A stretch of 57,789 nucleotides of DNA from Octopus bimaculoides. Lineage: Eukaryota. The notes beneath the pieces are model-generated. The model was given only the letters and a program-made list of their open reading frames with translations. It had not been told where the DNA came from and made no database searches. A program made the position numbers and the translations under genes. Positions 1 through 13,358 of the stretch are shown one piece after another. Location: the NCBI RefSeq assembly GCF_001194135.2, contig NC_068982.1, positions 20,495,461 to 20,553,249 on the forward strand. Reading direction: 5' to 3'. Numbering within the stretch: the first letter of the stretch is position 1; every line of letters starts with the position of its first letter.

Positions 1-47
<47 letters not shown>

Positions 48-1307
48 CGGTGAGTATGTATGTATATGTCTCTGTGTGTATGTCTATGTGTGTGTGTGTG
101 AGTATAACATACCAATTATTTATGCCGTTGTTTAGATGTTTTGAGTGATATACAAAATTTCAAAATAAACGACGTTACAAAATTACAAATGAAATAGTTA
201 AAATCAATCTTAGTATAAAAATGTAACAGTTTCAACGATTCTCATTTGAAACTTTATTAAAACTTGATTACGGCTTCGATGGGCATAGTCAGAAATTAAA
301 TCCATCTTTATTAGCGTTGTGTTTCCATAAATCTCATAAAACCAATTAATAAGGATTTTCATTTCTTGCGAAAGTGACGCCAATATATCCAAGTTTCAGA
401 ATAAAATAAATACTATTTCAAATTGATATGAACACATATAATAAAATACAATCTTTTTGTTTTTTTACTAATGCAAAAAGAACTTACGTAGTTTATTAAT
501 TTTGCTTCTCAATATATTGATATATTTCCATTTTAAATTTATTTGGTTTAAGGAAATAAAAACAAAATTCAATCAATAAGATCAGGAGCAACAAAGTCGA
601 AAACACTTCACGATTTCCGATTTTAATATTGAAAACTGTATGTCTACAATATTACTTATATAGAGCTACTTATAGAGTGGCTGAGTTTGAACATATTCAC
701 ACTAAAATGGGTATGTATTCACATAAATTATATCAATGTACATGTAAACTCATACACTGGTTCGTCTATATGTGTGTGCACGATACACATACTTCTATAT
801 ATACAAATGTAATATATACAGTAATATATTATGGTAATGCAATATAACAGTCTATGCGTATTTATGTACGTTTGTATGTATACAATGTCTCTCTATATGC
901 ATACACAGTGAGTAATGGTAAATATATTGAAAGAACATTTAAAACAAGTAATTGATGTAAACCATTCAAAAGTAGGTTAATGCGTTACAAGTTTATTCCA
1001 ATAAATGCTTCCTTTATAAAAAAATATATATTTTCCAATTTTTCCAATTGGCATAATATACAACGCAGGGAATGTAATACAGATATAATCAATAACGGCA
1101 AATATTTCTGCTGCAAATTGCCTTGTAATGATATCGGTAAGAAAATAAACAGTAATAAATATTAAAGGAAATATAACTCATTTGTAGATACATATATACA
1201 TTCATACAGAAACAGATACGTACACACACAATTCCATTTATGTGTATACATATCTATAATATGCACATGGAGATATGCATCTACGTACGTGTATACATAT
1301 ACCTACG

Positions 1308-1390
<83 letters not shown>

Positions 1391-2429
1391 ATATATACAT
1401 ATGCATACATGAACAAGTCATGCACACACACACACGCACGCACACACATATATCAAACCAAATTACTGATACACAAATGCACACACATATATTGATTTTG
1501 TTTTGCGTCATAATTCTTTCGTAAAATGTGATTTTAATTAGGATAATCACTGCAGTAAATTACATTTTGCAAACATGCAAATAATTTCGCATAGACACAA
1601 ATTATATCAAATTCGACTTACACATACTTATCCAAACACACATAACATAAAGTATATGCATATGCTTTGTGTTTTTTTTTTCGTTCAAATGCTACGTCTA
1701 CAAATCGGAATGTACTATCCAATGACGCCTTATTAGAAACGGAAACACAGTTATTTCGCCTGCAACAAAATCAATCTTATATTAGCTTCCCTTGAGTAAC
1801 CAACTTGTTGCCGTTATAGGAATTGTAATACTCTTCTCTATTATTACACGACATGCATTCTGTTTATCATTTATTAGTATTCTGATCCATGTGTTGAACC
1901 ATGTTATATTCTCCTTTCTCCTTGAGAAGCATTTAAGCTTCACAAGACAAATTTCATTTACTTTACAACAGCGATACGATACGAATATGATTTTATCTGC
2001 TTTTTTTCCGACTGTTTTTTTCTTTCTACCGGTTGCCATTTTCGTTTTGAATTAGTTTTACGTTTTACTGTCGGTGTATTTGTTTTCTGAACTGATGGAT
2101 ATCCCATTAAATAACTTTCTTTTTCACTCTATCACTCAATTTCTTCCTAGATGCCTGCGTATCAATTTCAGTCGCTTTCTCTGACCTTCGCTATTTCATT
2201 CGCGATTTATGCATCTGTACATACGCTCAGACATATACATACACGCATAACATATATTTACGGATGCTCGTGCATGTGTGTGTATGTAGGTGTTGGTATG
2301 TGTGTATACGTGTGTACGTAGGCGCGCGCGTGTGTGTATGTTTGTGTATGTATCTATATAAATACACATATATGCATATACATGTATATGTATGCGTGTG
2401 TGTATCTATCTATCTATCTAACTATCTAC

Positions 2430-2467
<38 letters not shown>

Positions 2468-2585
2468 NNNNNNNNNNNNNNNNNNNNNNNNNNNNNNNNN
2501 NNNNNNNNNNNNNNNNNNNNNNNNNNNNNNNNNNNNNNNNNNNNNNNNNNNNNNNNNNNNNNNNNNNNNNNNNNNNNNNNNNNNN

Positions 2586-2634
<49 letters not shown>

Positions 2635-2636
2635 CA

Positions 2637-3020
2637 CAGCGACTCCTTTAATTAATTAATGAAAACCTTACATCGTTGCAAATAAACCGTTTTCGTCAGA
2701 TGAATGCATGGACTTCAACCACAATGGACAACTGTTTTAACATATTCATATCACCAACTAGAGCTCAGATATTGACGTTGAAACGGCTGGCAGAACGAAT
2801 GTTAACATTTTAATGGTGTTCTTTTGGCAGAGTCAATGTAACTATTTGAACGCCAGTTGATGATATGAATGTGTTAAAACTATTGGTTTTAACACATTCA
2901 TATCACCAACTTTATGTTTGAAGTCTAAGCAGTCATCTGACGAAAACGGTCTCTTTGCAATGATGTAAAGCTTTCATTAATCAATTAAAGGTGCCGCTTG
3001 AAACGGCCGTAATGAATTGA
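2637..3020 (+). mobile_element. Fold-back (inverted-duplicate) short repeat element carrying a hammerhead motif; probable non-autonomous Penelope-associated element
   Basis: 2637-2719 is the near reverse complement of 2916-3000 (ttaatgaaaaccttacatcgttgcaaataaaccgttttcgtcagatga vs tcatctgacgaaaacggtctctttgcaatgatgtaaagctttcattaa). Diverged symmetry continues inward to a central aatgttaacatt palindrome near 2798-2809. Confidence 0.7.
2931..3017 (+). ncRNA. Minimal type I hammerhead ribozyme-like motif
   Basis: Helix I tcat(2933-36)/atga(3012-15); core CTGACGA 2937-43; extended helix II (aaacggtctcttt/aaaggtgccgctt); GAAA 3000-03; palindromic helix III ACGGCCGT; GUA cleavage triplet 3009-11. 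Confidence 0.7.
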
Positions 3021-3284
3021 CACGTGTACATCTTTGTTACTCATCTATATTTTATTCACGTACCTTAGAATCTGCACTTCGGAAATATTAGAGAAATTAT
3101 ATTTATATAAAGTATATATCTGAACAACCATGAGCGGATACTTTCACTATGTTGGGACGTATTATCAGCATACACTGCAAGAATATCAATTGCAAAGACT
3201 TCTGCACTGAGTTTGCTACTCTCTTAATATTGTTTTGGTGTGCATGTTACTCCGACCTAAGAAGGTGCTTGAAATTAAGCATCC

Positions 3285-3338
<54 letters not shown>

Positions 3339-3451
3339 TGTGTATTCCCATAACTGGTTAGCAATTGGAATCGATTATAACTTGATAGCAGAACAGAAAT
3401 TATCTTTTCTATTCATTTCAGACATTCTGTAAAAATTAATCAACGATATTC

Positions 3452-3511
3452 TGTTTATCGTCTAATTGTTTATCGTCTAATTGTTTATCGTCTAATTGTT
3501 TATCGTCTAAA
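3452..3511. repeat. 15-bp minisatellite x4 (tgtttatcgtctaat)
   Basis: Four direct copies; only the last base of copy 4 differs. Confidence 0.95.
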
Positions 3512-4725
3512 TGTACTGGCAGAAACACAATATCGTAATAATATTTTTCGAATCTTTGTGCAGTTAATCATGCCGTTTAATTTTCTCTGTTGTACTTTAA
3601 TTTTCATTTCACTGCTTTCGTTATAAACCGCACTCAAATTGCTATGTCTACCGGAGACATCAATCAATCATTTGTAAATTTGCTTTGTGCGTCATCGAAA
3701 TGGCATACTTATAGCAATATTTCGGGCATCTGCACAACAACTTCCATATTTTAGCTACTGCTACAGAACAACCTTGCGTAAACTAGTCATCGTCATGCAC
3801 TCGGCTGTCCTTTTTAGTGCAACAACATTTCCAGCCAACTCTACAGAGGGCAATTTTGCACGCTGTTATTTCCAGGATTATATTAGGCCGATTACACTTA
3901 AAAACTATACGATCAGTGGTTAGTATATGCTGCTTTGTATTTATAATAATAGTTTTGTTGATACTTATTTCTAATTTGTCTGTTACTTCCTATTACTAGA
4001 TGTGTTTGCAATGTTTTTCTGTTTTCCCCTGTAGCAATGGTCATCTTCCTTATTCTTTTCATAACCTGTTATTCTACTTTATTTACAGAATTCTGCAATC
4101 TCATATTTGACAGAAGATTTAATTTTTGAGTGGTAGGTGAATTCTTTAATCCCTTACAACGTATATTAAATTTTAAATAGGTTAATATTTTCTATGAACC
4201 ATTAGTTTTGCCGTGAATGAAAGTAATCCTGTCTCTGTATTTCTGATTTAGCTCTAAAATGAAGACATTAGATTGAAGATCGTCTAAATATTTCATATTA
4301 GTAGTGTTTCTAAACCTATTTTTTGTAGGCAATGTGTACAATGTGTATTTCAGTCTATTGTTACTTTTCTTATCCCTCTCCACGTTTCCTAAATAAACGG
4401 CCCAGGTAACTGACAGAGATGTTATTCAACTTCGTGTTAAAAATACAAGTGAGAGATATAGGTTTTTTATCTTGTTCTATAATAAATCAGAACAGATACC
4501 ATTCATTCTTAACTAAACATTCTTTCTAGTATTTTATAAATGTTAAAGAAAACATGTTTGCCAAAGGTCACATCAACCATTATGAAACACACGCGCGCGC
4601 ACACACACACATACATATACAGACAGAAATATATGTATGTTCGAATGTCTGTGTGTGCGCGGATATATGTATGTGTATGTATATGTATATGTTCGTGTGT
4701 GTCTATGTGTATACATTTATACCTA

Positions 4726-4836
<111 letters not shown>

Positions 4837-5014
4837 TTAATATTTTGGATTAATGGGTATCTGTCGATTAGTGTGTTGAAGTGTTGAGTAGAGCACTGGC
4901 ACAATTTGGGGTACCTGGTATCAGCCGTAGTCGGGGTATATTCGTTGAATCTTCTTCAGGAACTCCGCATTGTTAGTTGAGATAATGATAATTTCTTAAG
5001 CAATGAGAAAATGA

Positions 5015-5490
5015 ATTTGGTATTAATCTTTGTTCCGTACAACGATTTTTTGACCCATCCTGCTTCTGTCACTTATGGGTAGAGCTCTGTTCAACATGTT
5101 GTGTTGCATCAGTTTGGCAGTCTGGGTCGCATCATGTACATCCATACATAAATTTGTATCTCGCTAAAGATCCTGAGTTTTGGCTGTCATGTTGATATAT
5201 GCCAGTCTAGTTAGGCAATGAAACATTGCTACAATTATTAGCTACTATTATCCTTCTTCAATTACACTTGCAAACACTTGTGAATGTAGACAAATAATTG
5301 TTGATAAAGAAATTGAAGGGGAAGTCATATAACATGACAGACAATCGAGACACAACGTTATGTATGGATGTACGTAATGAAACCCAGAGAGCAAAATTGT
5401 TGCGACATGTTGGAAGGAGTCCTACCCATAAGAGACTGTAGCATGATGAGTCGAAACGACTGTCGTACAAAATTAAGATTAATACCAAAT
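5015..5490. repeat. Diverged inverted repeat pair (5015-5193 / 5331-5490)
   Basis: Exact reverse-complement blocks in collinear order: atttggtattaatctt/aagattaataccaaat, cttatgggtag/ctacccataag, gtacatccatacataa/ttatgtatggatgtac, ctgtcatgtt/aacatgacag. Confidence 0.8.
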
Positions 5491-5910
5491 CCATCTTCAA
5501 GCTATTATGGATACATATACATACATACATATATATNNNNNNNNNNNNNNNNNNNNNNNNNNNNNNNNNNNNNNNNNNNNNNNNNNNNNNNNNNNNNNNN
5601 NNNNNNNNNNNNNNNNNNNNNNNNNNNNNNNNNNNNNNNNNNNNNNNNNNNNNNNNNNNNNNNNNNNNNNNNNNNNNNNNNNNNNNNNNNNNNNNNNNNN
5701 NNNNNNNNNNNNNNNNNNNNNNNNNNNNNNNNNNNNNNNNNNNNNNNNNNNNNNNNNNNNNNNNNNNNNNNNNNNNNNNNNNNNNNNNNNNNNNNNNNNN
5801 NNNNNNNNNNNNNNNNNNNNNNNNNNNNNNNNNNNNNNNNNNNNNNNNNNNNNNNNNNNNNNNNNNNNNNNNNNNNNNNNNNNNNNNNNNNNNNNNNNNN
5901 NNNNNNNATA

Positions 5911-5942
<32 letters not shown>

Positions 5943-7172
5943 AATTCCCAACCACATTGCCATGAATGAAATGCATGACTAACCTTCAATGTTTTTCACA
6001 AGCTAGAACACTTTTTATTCTGAACATCCCATCTATTCATCACATTCACCGGAAACGCTGCCTCAAGAATCAGTTTGTGTACTACTAACAGGCATCTCTA
6101 ACCAGACATATCATCGAAATGTACATCTTATAATACTGAACCGCTTTATGTGGCCTGAGAGGATCTCTTCTGCGCTAGATGGTGTATTCGATTCCATTAT
6201 ATCGTCCCCACCCACTAGGTAGCAGTCCACGAGTAAGTCGAAACGAACGTTGTCCTAAATAAACATACCAGCACACTGTGTCTTCTGTATTAATAATTTA
6301 GAATATACTATGCACCGAGGCATTCCTCACGCACATCCAGCAACAAATGTGCTCTACCCCGGATGACGCCTGGTAACCCCAAGCGGTGAACGTACACTGT
6401 AGGCATACAAGAACGGACATTCTCATAATAAGAATAGCTTACTACACCTTAAAGTCTTCTAACTAAACTAATTTTAAATACCACCTACACACATACACAT
6501 ACACGCGCATTCAACACACATATATATGTATGTAATAATTTTATACTCAGGTATACACCTTGTATTGTGCTCTTTAAAGCCTGTGCACATTATTCGGTTG
6601 CCTGATGTCTACAACAGTATGGAAGCATATACCACTGGATTTAATTCAAGATTTCCGTTGTATATATAAAAAGGTGATATACATAAAATGGCATTCTCGA
6701 GACTCCTTATTCAGAATCATTTCACGATCATTTCAAGCCATCATGCACCTGTACGTTATAGGTAAGAGGCTACAAATAATTATCACGCATCATAGGAGCA
6801 GCGCTGTGTCCTCAGGTGCGTTGTGGAAAAGCGCCTAATTATTTTATTTGCTGTTTCGCTTACTTCTATAACAATACATTTTAGTTCATGTAGCATACTA
6901 TCCGTCATCATAAGGACCTCATATGCACCAATGGCACTGGACAGTTGCTGCTATAACATCGCACCTGTAAGGTAACGATGCGTTAGTGGATTGAGACGAT
7001 CGTAGTGGTTATGAATATAGTCTCGTGAATTCCATCTCATGTTTGTCACATGTGTACATGAATGTATGTATGTATGAATGTATGTATGTATGTATGTATC
7101 TATGTATGTATGCATGCATGCATGCTTGTATTATGTGTATCCATGTACGTATAGGAACTGAAAGCATATAAC

Positions 7173-7294
7173 TGTTGTGTCGACGCCCGCAGACGATGAA
7201 GTAGGCGAGCCCAATACGTAGATATAGAGGGAGAAGTCTAGACGTCGGAGTGGTTAAGTAGAGGTCATCCGAACGTACAATATAACAATAACAC
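7173..7294 (+). repeat. Dispersed repeat, copy 1 (homologous to 28281-28460, opposite strand)
   Basis: Shared blocks tgttgtgtcgacgccc, gaagtagg, gcccaa, agtagag(g/a)tcatccgaa, taacaataa. Confidence 0.75.
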
Positions 7295-7942
7295 AAAGTA
7301 TGCCGATCTCTATTCTTAAAGCAGCACTTTACATTTCAGAATAACAGATAGTTTTCAATGTTTTTGAAATGATACAATTTATAATATTTTTCATGTATTT
7401 AGCGTAGCTATATTTTCTGAAATTACACAGATCAATCTGAATAATAAAACTTCGGGACACTTAAGTGTAAACAAAGGTTTTATTTGTTGTATATGTTAGC
7501 GAACAAATCAATTTTATCTCCAAGTATTTCTAATGTCTTTTTTTTAATATCTTGAGAGTTTCTATGTACAAAATGAACCAAGTTATAATACATGTAGTGT
7601 ATTTTCCCAAACATTAAATTTTGTAGGCGTTATTCATTAAAATGTTAATACCTTCATGGGCACTTGTTCGAACGAAACAGGAACAACACAGCCCAATCCT
7701 CTTATTAACTATCGCTTATATCGACAAGGTCAAGCTATATTTCAACATTTCATTGTGATTGGCTTTTACTTAATTCCAAGTTTGATATTTGAATATAGTT
7801 CCCTATATATGTATGAACTTCCAGACTCTACGCGGACAGAAATACCAACACAGACATACAAACATATAAGCGCAGAGACAAACAAACGCACCCGCAGACA
7901 TTTTGTATATATATATATATATTAATAAGAGGAACAGGTATT

Positions 7943-8099
7943 TATATATCCAGTTTTATTCTATCGTCAATTACGTCTTTCCATTGCTGCAACTACATGC
8001 TTTTGCAAAATTTTGCAGGGTGCACAATATTCAGCGGAAACATATCTAGGTGCAGAAGTGAAAAGGCGTAATTGGCTGCAGAATAGAACTGGATATATA
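7943..8099. mobile_element. MITE-like element with ~38-bp imperfect terminal inverted repeats in TA-rich flanks
   Basis: tatatatccagttttattctatcgtcaattacgtctttc vs gaaaaggcgtaattggctgcagaatagaactggatatata. Confidence 0.6.
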
Positions 8100-10291
8100 G
8101 ATGTCTGTTCTCCTTACTATTAATTTATTATTTCTTCTCTACCGACAACATGAAATCTCTACAGAGACATGGATTTACCGAAGTGAAGATCTACGGAGGA
8201 TAGTAAAATAACTAACTGGAGTTTTTCTATACTCATAAAGGTTAGCCAGTATTATTAATTTATTAACCGGTAAAAGTGAATACGGTACCCGGTAGAATTG
8301 TATATTCCCAACAGCCTAATTTTGAAATTTATATGTGTGCGTGTATGCGTCTGTGTGTGCGCGTGTATGTGGATAACCGCACGCGTATACAAACGAAGCT
8401 AACTAGATCTCTGTCGATTTGCTCAGTTTTTTCATCACCTGCGGTAAATACCGTTTTGAATAGTCTTGTATATATCTGACAGTTACACATTTACTATGCT
8501 CCTAAGTTAATTCTTCAGCAGAATCAGCATAATGTTTCGTGTGGATATACTCTTCGAATAAGGTATTTAATCCAAGCGACGTACTTTGAAATAAATTTCG
8601 TTCACGCGATTTCCCTCACACGTGAATGATCGTACTGATGCTATGATAAATAACATTTTCGAATGATAACACACTCTGGAACTTAGTTTGGACAACATGA
8701 ATACTAAGTAAATATTCGTTAATAAACGCAAACACGCACTTACATTGATTCGTTGAAACCTGCTCTGCAATCCATTAGCTAATTTTCACTTACCAACCTA
8801 ATGTAGACAGAAGCTTGTATAATTAATCTATCCTTTATCAATTTAATTTACTTTCCTCGTACTTTGTACCGCTTGTGTATTTTACTTCTCTGTTAACAAA
8901 CTCCGTTGGTTACTATAATCACACATGCGTCTAAGAAATTTTTCGAAATCTAAGCATTGTTCTAGTTGAACTTCAATCTTTTAAAGCCAGTCTTCTTAGA
9001 GGACATGTAAGCATTAAATATCGAAATATAGTATAGTAATTTAGAAATTGTAAATTTAGTATGAAATAAGGTATCTAATATTATGTTGATATTTTTCGCG
9101 GTACTTTGCCATAAGAATAACCGATATCACGAATTCCATGGGCATTCTTCAGAACAGCAGATTTATTTGCTGTTTGCCTTGTATTTATCGGTTAGAGTTT
9201 TCTAGACTAGAGTGAAACTACGTAAAAATTGTCAGATAATAGCTGTAGCTACTAGTTCAAATCTAGAGCCTCCGTGATGTCTACAGTCATAATATCTACA
9301 GCGATGACAATAACTTAAGTAATGACACATTTCATTGTGTGATATTTTGTATCAATACCAAGGGTACCTATTATTTTGTTATGAAAAAACATGACTGGTC
9401 TCTAACGGTCACGAAAAGAGCAAAAAATCTAAACGATAATAAATGAAACTCTCATCCAACAAATTATTACATATTCTTCTAATAAACATAGGTTAAATAT
9501 TAACGACAATTATATAAATGGCATCTTAAACATGTAAATCAAATGTTCAACAATAATGCATGTGAAATCAAAATATACAATTGAGAAACCAAATTCTGTA
9601 AATCAATTTACAAAGTGCCCTCTATATTCAGCTAGTTCACTACCCTCAGGTTCTCATGGTCATTAATAATTCATCCATGAATCATTACTAATATGAATAC
9701 TATAAAATCTGAATATTTGAATGTTACAATCCGTCTAATAGAATTCAGGTTTCTATGTAATTTCAATTTGGACGCAGGATGTACGTTTTGCTTCTAGTGA
9801 GGCAATTTTAATTATTACAATATTGATTTCATTTATATCAGTAAGTCGAGGTTTTGTAAGGAAAAGTCGTACAACATATTAAAGCCACTAATGCTTCTCG
9901 TATTAACACACCCAGGGATAAAATTCACAATCAACCCCAGCGGGACTCACATTTAAAAGATTCAGATGCAAACAACGTATAATTATAATATATAGATTCA
10001 ATCCGGTATATGAAATACTTAAATATAGGTACATGCTCTTCGGGAGATTTCAAATATTAATACTATCCACTCCAATATATTAGTAAGTTTAAGAACTGCA
10101 TTTAAAATTTCTATGCATTGGCAATGCAAAATTAATAGGTTGCTTATATGCAAAATACATAAAACATGGAAAATAAATGCACGTAACACAACTGGGTACA
10201 GAAAGACAGTAATATTTGCAGATTATCCCCGTCGTTCTTTCTCCCTCCCTCTCTCTCTCTTTTTATATATATGCATACACATTCCTACTCC

Positions 10292-10612
10292 GACTCCTTC
10301 ACCTGCACTTCTAACAACATCATCTATTGCATCTCCTGCTCTCTCTGCCATTCTCTGTACATCGGACAAACGGGGCGCCGCCTGGCCGACCGATTCACGG
10401 AACACCTCCGAGGCATCAACGTTTGCAATGACACCCCGGTGTAACGCCATTTCCGTTCTGCCGGTCACTCCTTGCAGCAACACCTGTCCGTGTTTGGATT
10501 GTCCTTGGACAGGGGCCATCCGGACTCCCGTTTTCGCCGTGAACAGGGATTAATCTTCTCTCTTCCCTCCTTTGCACCACAAGGGCTCTAATCCCCTCCC
10601 CTCTTCATTTAA
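10292..10612 (+). pseudogene. Penelope-like element GIY-YIG endonuclease C-terminal remnant
   Basis: A frame not in the ORF track reads DSFTCTSNNIIYCISCSLCHSLYIGQTGRRLADRFTEHLRGINVCNDTPV*RHFRSAGHSLQQHLSVFGL...REQGLIFSL..APQGL*. It has the IYCIxC-x2-C..YIGQTGR..RFxEH GIY-YIG signature and in-frame stops at 10442 and 10589. Confidence 0.9.
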
Positions 10613-10878
10613 CCACTCCCCTGCCTCTCTCTCTCTTCCCCTCCGCCCTCCCTCCTACTTCCTACCACCCACCTCACACACACACGCACGCACGCACACA
10701 CACAAACACACACACACACACACATATATTGAATCTGTTCTCATTTTTAATTGTTACTCTACATAATAATAGAGTCAATAATATCTTCGCAAGTATTTTC
10801 TCATGAATTATTTACTCCGCATATNNNNNNNNNNNNNNNNNNNNNNNNNNNNNNNNNNNNNNNNNNNNNNNNNNNNNN

Positions 10879-10912
<34 letters not shown>

Positions 10913-12934
10913 TGTATGTGTGTGTGTACATGTGCATATGTATATGTTAACACATAAATAGCTTTACTGATAACAGGTGTATTTGCAATTACGTCTTTAA
11001 AACGAAAGTTAATTTACTTTTAGACGTTCGTATGTGTATATCAATATGTACATATCATTAATTCTTATATGAAATTTGAACATGTACGGAATTATGAAAT
11101 ATTGTCAGTTTCAGTATATTATTTCCGAATATATTTTATATAATATAGCTAAATTTTCTTTTCAGAATCCAGAAGAATTACTATAATTACACTTAAGTGA
11201 TATTTCATATAGTTAAACACTTTACATTTTGAAAGCTCTAATCAAAAGTACTTATATAGTTTTGATATATTTTCATGAGTTTTAAAGATATCTCTAAAGA
11301 TAATGAATGATATAAATGAAAAGATATTTGCAAGTATTACCATTGTGTAAAATCATTTTTGCACTTTATATTGTTTTCCTCAAAAAACAGTCTAATAACT
11401 TAATTCAAGATTAAACTGATTAATACGGTTATATTGAAATATTCCTTCCAAAAGAAATTCGAGTTGAAATAATCTAATACACTCCAAAGGTGGGTTAAAT
11501 TATTTATCGATATATCGGTAGCAAATACCATTTAATACTACGCAGTCAATATGTTATGAGTGCGCAATTGTAAATGCGTGTATGTAAAAGAAGACTAACA
11601 TCTATTCATTTATTTCGAAAAAGCAGCAAAAAAGATAACATTGTTATTCTTCCTGCTACATTAGTAAAGTTAGTCTAACATTATATACTATTGTTTTCAG
11701 CTATTGTGTAAATAGAATTTTTTTGATTTTTTGTTTGCGTCTACCTAAATAACAGAGATATAATTATATGAATCTGTGTCGAATATAATATGAAACTCAT
11801 ATAGCATCATTTCAATATATTTTCATATACATATTGCTCTTTCTACTTATTTGTGCAAATCTGTACATGTGTGTATAAATGTGTATATATTAAATAAGAA
11901 TTAGTAGGAAATTGATGGCAATATGGAATATATTGAATATATCAACATATTGGATATGATTAATATAATTATCCGCACACATTTATTAAACGCAGAGTAT
12001 TGGATATCTACAAAGAAATCGTGTTTACTGTAATCTTTTGTAATATTTGATATTATATTACATCAAAGATGTCTTTAAACAAATATGCATTATTTGCTTT
12101 CTTCTATTAAAATTAATTGCATCTATGCTTTCAAAGCTAATATGCCTTTGACTCAAGTGTATATTTAATGCACACTAAGGTTATATTGTGTTTTAGTAAT
12201 CATACATTCTATTCTGCAATAAATAACGAATGATTACCAGCATTTTCTTCATCATTCATACATTTATATTCCTACCGCTGCAATATATACATATATGTGT
12301 GTGTGTGAGAGTGTGTTTATGTGTGTGTGCTGTGTGTATATATGTACTTATATATGTATATTATACACACACACATGTATAAAACCAAAACTTGCTGTAT
12401 CTATTGTATAATGTATAATTCTACATTTGACCTCCAATACACCAAAGAAAATGTAACCATTAGACTATACATCAAATGAAGAATAATTCTTTTTCATTTC
12501 CAATCTGCACATGAGTGAAATGCATGAGGAAATGCCTAAAAGGAATATATGGTCATTAGTAGTATGCTTCTTCTCTTTTTAACAACCCCAAGAGAAGTAA
12601 AGAACGTGGATTCTGAGGTGCGAATTTCTCGGGACTTATCAAAATATCATGAAGCACTGATGACAATATACACTTCACTTTCTACCGTAATATTGGTTTC
12701 TAATTAAGGAGAAAGGCTACGAATTGCGACAAAGGGAACAATACATTCAAAGCAACACGTTCTTTGATTGCTAATATACTTTATTGCACAAACAAAGATG
12801 AAATGTACATTATGTCTTTCTGGGGTTTCGATTAACAATCTAATGAAGATAAGCAAATTAACACAAGGTATTTTGCCTGCTTTTCTACTAATACAATCCC
12901 ATATGACTTTCTATATTAATGCTTTCTATTTCAG

Positions 12935-12982
12935 GAAGTAAACAAGTAGGGGATGTGGAAGGCGATATCATCATTCGATTTC
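12935..12982 (+). CDS. Candidate 48-nt internal exon of an unidentified gene ((G)SKQVGDVEGDIIIRF)
   Basis: Acceptor atgctttctatttcag| and donor |gtgagt. Only one frame is open (phase 1-1). No homology recognised. Confidence 0.4.
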
Positions 12983-13202
12983 GTGAGTGTTACGTTATTA
13001 AATTGACGCTTGTGGGATTTGTACTGAGAACGTTAAGGGCCAGAGGAAATACTGCAGGGCATTTCGTCCGATGACTTATATCTGACGATTCTACAGATTG
13101 GTCACAGTACTTTTCATGGCTAAAGTGGTTATAGATCTGACATAAAAATGTAAAGCAGTGACTATATATAATACATTAAGAAACGAGCAACAAATTAGTG
13201 CT

Positions 13203-13296
13203 GTAGCCTGCGCATTTAACCACTACGCCATATGCCGTAGTGGTTAAGAGCACGGGCTACTAAGCCCAAGATTCCGAATTCGATTCCAAGTAGTGA

Positions 13297-13358
<62 letters not shown>

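Noticed and set aside
1782-2200. Possible second Dong/R4-like endonuclease remnant (ILINDKQNACRVII..TIP) or a membrane-protein ORF on the plus strand
   Set aside because: The similarity is too weak by eye. Hydrophobic ORFs are expected from T-rich DNA.
6178-6372. Either a spliced exon pair (GTAAGT donor at ~6232) or a decayed hammerhead (cacgagtaagtcgaaacg)
   Set aside because: Both readings are possible and neither is supported. The hammerhead core is mutated and several frames are equally open.
7697-7933. 12-bp inverted repeat tcctcttattaa/ttaataagagga
   Set aside because: It is short and AT-rich with no TSD or second copy, so it could be chance.
13233-13300. tRNA gene (also at the SINE heads at 42390-42450 and 52518-52580)
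   Set aside because: There is no acceptor-stem pairing or full cloverleaf, and the sequences continue into SINE bodies, so they are tRNA-derived heads only.
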